This document shows, piece after piece, positions 14,088-16,951 of a stretch of 16,951 nt of DNA. Made by a program: the position numbers and the translations under genes. Under the pieces are notes generated by a model. The model did not search any database, had not been told where the DNA came from, and saw nothing but the letters and a program-made list of their open reading frames with translations. Within the stretch, counting starts at the first letter, position 1, and each line of letters starts with the position of its first letter. The DNA lies in the UHGV virus genome UHGV-0280597; one strand, given 5' to 3'. This stretch comes from a virus.

Positions 14088-14469
14088 CCGATACGGACAA
14101 ATAACGTTTAAACATTTTCAAGACAATCCAACATGGGCTGCTGCGGCTGGATATGACTTTAATTATTTTGATTGTCTGTCAGTCGCATGTATAGCAACTA
14201 CCAATGTTGCTAACAACATAATCGATGAATTCTTGGATTTTCCAGACTATCAGGTCAGAGAGTTGCCTGCATTTTTTGTGAAAGTATCTGTTGCTACAGT
14301 TCTGTTATTTATTTTGTTATTCGCATATCCATTGCTTGCCGTATTTGTTTATGTGAGATGCAAACACTCACAAAAGAAATACAGCGGAGAGCATACCGAT
14401 ATTACCAGCCAAAATATGCGTGTGTGGTTGAGGAGATGCCAAGAGAAATGGGGGAGACGTCATGGCTAA
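14077..14469 (+). CDS. hypothetical single-pass membrane protein in an AT-rich insert, 130 aa
   Basis: ORF-track ORF; ATG overlaps the last codons of ninF; one hydrophobic helix (VSVATVLLFILLFAYPLLAVFVYV) followed by a basic tail; local AT-richness contrasts with the flanks. Confidence 0.45.
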   Translation: MVISRYGQITFKHFQDNPTWAAAAGYDFNYFDCLSVACIATTNVANNIIDEFLDFPDYQVRELPAFFVKVSVATVLLFILLFAYPLLAVFVYVRCKHSQKKYSGEHTDITSQNMRVWLRRCQEKWGRRHG

Positions 14470-14752
14470 CCTACGCAAAGAAGCACGCGGCAGAGAATGC
14501 CAGGTTCGTATTTACGGCATATGCAATGGCAATCCTGAAACTACAGTTCTGGCACATTACCGGATGGCTGGAATTTGCGGAACGGGAATGAAACCTGACG
14601 ACCTGATCGGCGCATGGGCTTGTAGCGCGTGTCACGATGAAATCGACCGCCGCACCCATAATCTCGACAACAAAGACGCCAGGCTTTACCACCTCGAAGG
14701 CGTGATCAGGACGCAGGCGATACTGCTGAAGGAGGGGAAGATTAAGCCATGA
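14462..14752 (+). CDS. ybcO: YbcO-like protein (DLP12-type nin-region protein, putative nuclease), 96 aa
   Basis: ORF-track ORF; GGGGGAG upstream of the ATG; MANLRKEARGRECQVRI...CSACHDEIDRR resembles E. coli DLP12 YbcO (recall). Confidence 0.75.
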   Translation: MANLRKEARGRECQVRIYGICNGNPETTVLAHYRMAGICGTGMKPDDLIGAWACSACHDEIDRRTHNLDNKDARLYHLEGVIRTQAILLKEGKIKP

Positions 14753-15111
14753 ACGAATATCAGTTTGTGCTTCCATACCCGCCGTCGGTGAATACCTACT
14801 GGCGAAGACGGGGAAGCCAATATTACATAAGCGATAAAGGCCAGAAATACCGAAAAGACGTTCAGCAAATCATCCGCCAACTCAAGTTAGACATCTTCAC
14901 CAAATCACGACTCCGCATCAAAGTCATCGCAGACGTTCCAGACTCCCGCCGCCGCGACCTCGATAACATCCTGAAAGGTTTACTCGACTCCCTTATCCAC
15001 GCCGGATTTGCGGAAGACGACGAGCAATTCGATGACATTCGCGTAATTCGTGGTGTGAAAGTACCAGGCGGACGGCTTGGAATAAAAATCACCGAACTGG
15101 AGAACGCATGA
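14749..15111 (+). CDS. rusA: RusA-family Holliday junction resolvase, 120 aa
   Basis: ORF-track ORF; PYPPSVNTYWRRRG...DVPDSRRRDLDNILKGLLDSL matches RusA catalytic-core motifs (recall); ATGA overlap with ybcO. Confidence 0.85.
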   Translation: MNEYQFVLPYPPSVNTYWRRRGSQYYISDKGQKYRKDVQQIIRQLKLDIFTKSRLRIKVIADVPDSRRRDLDNILKGLLDSLIHAGFAEDDEQFDDIRVIRGVKVPGGRLGIKITELENA

Positions 15112-15296
15112 ACGCCACAATTCAAACGATACCAGAGCTTCTTATCCAGACACGAGGCAATCAGACCGAAGTGGCGAGGATGCTTTCCTGCGCAAGAGGA
15201 ACAGTGCTCAAGTACAACCGAGACAGCAAAGGCGAGCGTCATGTAATAGTTAACGGCGTCCTGATGGTCAAACAGGGCAAGAGGGGAAGACGATGA
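15108..15296 (+). CDS. ninH: NinH-like small DNA-binding protein, 62 aa
   Basis: ORF-track ORF; GNQTEVARMLSCARGTVLKYNRDSKGERHVIVNGVLMV resembles lambda NinH (recall); overlaps the rusA stop. Confidence 0.75.
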   Translation: MNATIQTIPELLIQTRGNQTEVARMLSCARGTVLKYNRDSKGERHVIVNGVLMVKQGKRGRR

Positions 15297-15916
15297 GACT
15301 CGAAAGCGTAGCTAAATTTCATTCGCCAAAAAGCCCGATGATGAGCGACTCACCACGGGCCACGGCTTCTGACTCTCTTTCCGGTACTGATGTGATGGCT
15401 GCTATGGGGATGGCGCAATCACAAGCCGGATTTGGAATGGCTGCATTCTGCGGTAAGCATGAACTCAGCCAGAACGACAAACAAAAGGCTATCAACTATC
15501 TGATGCAATATGCACACAAGGTATCGGGGAAATACCGTGGTGTGGCAAAGCTCGAAGGAAATACTAAGGCAAAGGTACTGCAAGTGCTCGCAACATTCGC
15601 TTATGCGGATTATTGCCGTAGTGCCGCGACGCCGGGCGCAAGATGCAGAGATTGCCACGGTACAGGCCGTGCGGTTGATATTGCCAAAACAGAGCAGTGG
15701 GGGAGAGTTGTTGAGAAAGAGTGCGGAAGATGCAAAGGTGTCGGCTATTCAAGAATGCCAGCAAGCGCCGCATATCGCGCTGTAACGATGCTAATCCCAA
15801 ACCTTACTCAACCCACCTGGTCACGCACTGTTAAGCCGCTGTATGACGCTCTGGTGGTGCAATGCCACAAAGAAGAGTCAATCGCAGACAACATTTTGAA
15901 TGCGGTCACACGTTAA
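15293..15916 (+). CDS. Q: Q late-gene antiterminator, 207 aa
   Basis: ORF-track ORF; sequence MRLESVAKFHSPKSPMMSDSPRATASDS...CRDCHGTGR...CGRCKGVG matches my recollection of lambda Q very closely; followed by a pR'-like promoter and terminator. Confidence 0.9.
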   Translation: MRLESVAKFHSPKSPMMSDSPRATASDSLSGTDVMAAMGMAQSQAGFGMAAFCGKHELSQNDKQKAINYLMQYAHKVSGKYRGVAKLEGNTKAKVLQVLATFAYADYCRSAATPGARCRDCHGTGRAVDIAKTEQWGRVVEKECGRCKGVGYSRMPASAAYRAVTMLIPNLTQPTWSRTVKPLYDALVVQCHKEESIADNILNAVTR

Positions 15917-15958
15917 CAGCATGATTGCCACGGATGGCAACATATTAACGGCATAATA

Positions 15959-15987
15959 TTGACTTTTTGAATAAAGTTGGGTAAATT
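15959..15987 (+). promoter_or_regulatory. late promoter pR' (TTGACT-17-TAAATT) with Q-utilisation region
   Basis: TTGACT at 15959-15964, 17-bp spacer, TAAATT at 15982-15987; same hexamers as lambda pR' (recall); immediately downstream of Q. Confidence 0.65.
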
Positions 15988-15994
15988 TGACCCA

Positions 15995-16186
15995 ACGATG
16001 GGTTAATTCGCTCGTTGTGGTAGTGAGATGAAAAGAGGCGGCGCTTACTACCGATTCCGCCTAGTTGGTCACTTCGACGTATCGTCTGGAACTCCAACCA
16101 TCGCAGGCTGAGAGGTCTGCAAAATGCAATCCCGAAACAGTTCGCAGGTAATAGTTAGAGCCTGCACAACGGTTTCGGGATTTTTT
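15995..16186 (+). ncRNA. 6S-like short late leader transcript (pR' to tR'), about 190 nt
   Basis: Interval from the predicted pR' start to the tR' U-run; length and sequence correspond to the lambda 6S RNA as I recall it. Confidence 0.5.
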
Positions 16187-16190
16187 ATTT
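16130..16190 (+). terminator. tR' intrinsic terminator
   Basis: Long compound hairpin TCCCGAAAC...GTTTCGGGA (16130-16138/16172-16180) with inner GCAGG/CCTGC pairing, followed by TTTTTTATTT. Confidence 0.75.
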
Positions 16191-16265
16191 GGGTCAGTCG
16201 TATAAAGGTCATTACGGAAGGCTGTTAACCTTCTTATCGTGGTTCGAGTCCACGCTGTCCCGCCA
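16191..16265 (+). tRNA. tRNA-like gene, anticodon GTT (Asn), 75 nt with encoded CCA
   Basis: Manual fold: acceptor GGGTCAG/CTGTCCC (one U-U mismatch), D-arm GTAT/TTAC (one mismatch), anticodon stem GAAGG/CCTTC with loop CTGTTAA, T-arm CGTGG-TTCGAGT-CCACG, discriminator G, CCA. Confidence 0.5.
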
Positions 16266-16270
16266 AATAT

Positions 16271-16346
16271 GCTGGTTTAGCTCCAATGGTAGAGCAGTCG
16301 CCTTGTAAGCGAATGGGTAGCGGTTCAAGTCCGTTAACCAGCACCA
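16271..16346 (+). tRNA. tRNA-like gene, anticodon TGT (Thr), 76 nt with encoded CCA
   Basis: Manual fold: perfect 7-bp acceptor GCTGGTT/AACCAGC, D-arm GCTC-CAATGGTA-GAGC, anticodon stem GTCGC/GCGAA (one mismatch) with loop CTTGTAA, T-arm AGCGG-TTCAAGT-CCGTT, discriminator A, CCA. Confidence 0.6.
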
Positions 16347-16568
16347 TAACTGAGCCGTAGCCACTGGCTATCCTGAATTCATCAGTGATAGTTATGCTGC
16401 GGCCTTCTACACATGACCTTCGTGAAAGCGGGTAGCAAGAGGCTGCGCTAACAACCTCCTGCCGTTTTGCCCGTGCATATCGGTCACGAACAAATCTGAT
16501 TACTAAACACAGTAGCCTGGATTTGTTCTATCAGTAATCGACCTTATTCCTAATTAAATAGAGCAAAT

Positions 16569-16584
16569 CCCCTCAATGAAGGGG
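16569..16584 (+). promoter_or_regulatory. stem-loop just upstream of the holin dual start (sdi-like translational control element)
   Basis: CCCCT-caatga-AGGGG hairpin ending 7 nt before the ATG at 16591; analogous position to the lambda S sdi structure (recall). Confidence 0.4.
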
Positions 16585-16590
16585 TAGAGC

Positions 16591-16794
16591 ATGTACCGTA
16601 TGGACAAAATCAGAGAATGGTTCAGTTACAGCTTCGGAGGACTGACTGCGATGGGTGGCATTCTCTCCCTGAATGACTGGGCTGTCATCATTGGTATTCT
16701 TTGTACTGTCGGCACATTTGGCATCAACTGGTACTACAAGCGCAAAGAGCGCGAGGACAGATTGAATGGCAATGTCACCGGCACTACGAAATAG
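16591..16794 (+). CDS. holin with dual-start motif (M1-Y-R-M4), two TM helices, 67 aa; pinholin-like
   Basis: ORF-track ORF; two in-frame Met codons separated by a basic residue (MYRMDK); two hydrophobic helices; immediately precedes and overlaps a SAR endolysin. Confidence 0.75.
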   Translation: MYRMDKIREWFSYSFGGLTAMGGILSLNDWAVIIGILCTVGTFGINWYYKRKEREDRLNGNVTGTTK

Positions 16795-16951
16795 CGTAAT
16801 AGCGGCGATAAGTGGCGGGGCTATTGCTATAGCATCTGTGTTAATCACTGGACCAAGTGGTAACGATGGTCTGGAAGGTGTCAGCTACATACCATACAAA
16901 GATATTGTTGGTGTATGGACTGTATGTCACGGACACACCGGAAAAGACATC
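16766..16951 (+). CDS. SAR (signal-anchor-release) endolysin, N-terminal 62 codons; truncated by the window end
   Basis: Manual translation [62 protein letters not shown]; Gly/Ala-rich weakly hydrophobic SAR segment then lysozyme-like start, resembling phage 21 R21 (recall); overlaps the holin 3' end. Confidence 0.85.
   Translation, partial: MAMSPALRNSVIAAISGGAIAIASVLITGPSGNDGLEGVSYIPYKDIVGVWTVCHGHTGKDI

Noticed and set aside
14358-14591. 77-aa plus-strand ORF overlapping the ybcO-like gene
   Set aside because: It is out of frame with and largely inside the well-supported ybcO-like gene; likely a spurious overlapping frame.
14471-15242. Minus-strand ORFs 14471..14776, 14686..14880 and 14862..15242
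   Set aside because: Antisense to the ybcO-like, rusA and ninH genes, which are well supported by sequence similarity and translational coupling.
15419-15800. ORFs 15419..15658 (-), 15510..15785 (+) and 15564..15800 (-) inside Q
   Set aside because: Alternate-frame or antisense ORFs within the Q coding sequence; Q matches the known protein over its full length.
16573-16848. 91-aa minus-strand ORF
   Set aside because: Antisense to the holin/endolysin overlap region, with no start-site signals.

Overview
This window reads as the early and regulatory half of a lambdoid (lambda-like) temperate phage or prophage, annotated from the sequence alone with no database search. Minus strand, left to right: an AlpA/Xis-like gene, accessory ORFs, an Ea22-like gene, a Gp157-like gene, a RecT annealase, a cIII-like small ORF, accessory membrane/acidic ORFs and an N-like antiterminator. 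The immunity region follows: OL/pL with nutL, a small membrane protein in the rexAB slot downstream of cI, a cI-like repressor, a tripartite OR, cro, nutR and cII. Plus strand then carries an O-like initiator with an internal iteron origin, a DnaB-like helicase, the nin region (ninB, Dam-like methylase, ninE, ninF, ybcO-like, rusA, ninH), Q, pR'/6S-like RNA/tR', two tRNA-like genes, a dual-start holin and a SAR endolysin truncated at the window end. No integrase reading frame is present left of the xis-like gene. The most interesting candidates are three small membrane proteins in classical exclusion/moron slots (rex slot 8043..8411, sieB slot 6486..6851, AT-rich nin insert 14077..14469), none of which I can assign to a known family. 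Protein family calls rest on recalled similarity and are less certain than the coordinates.
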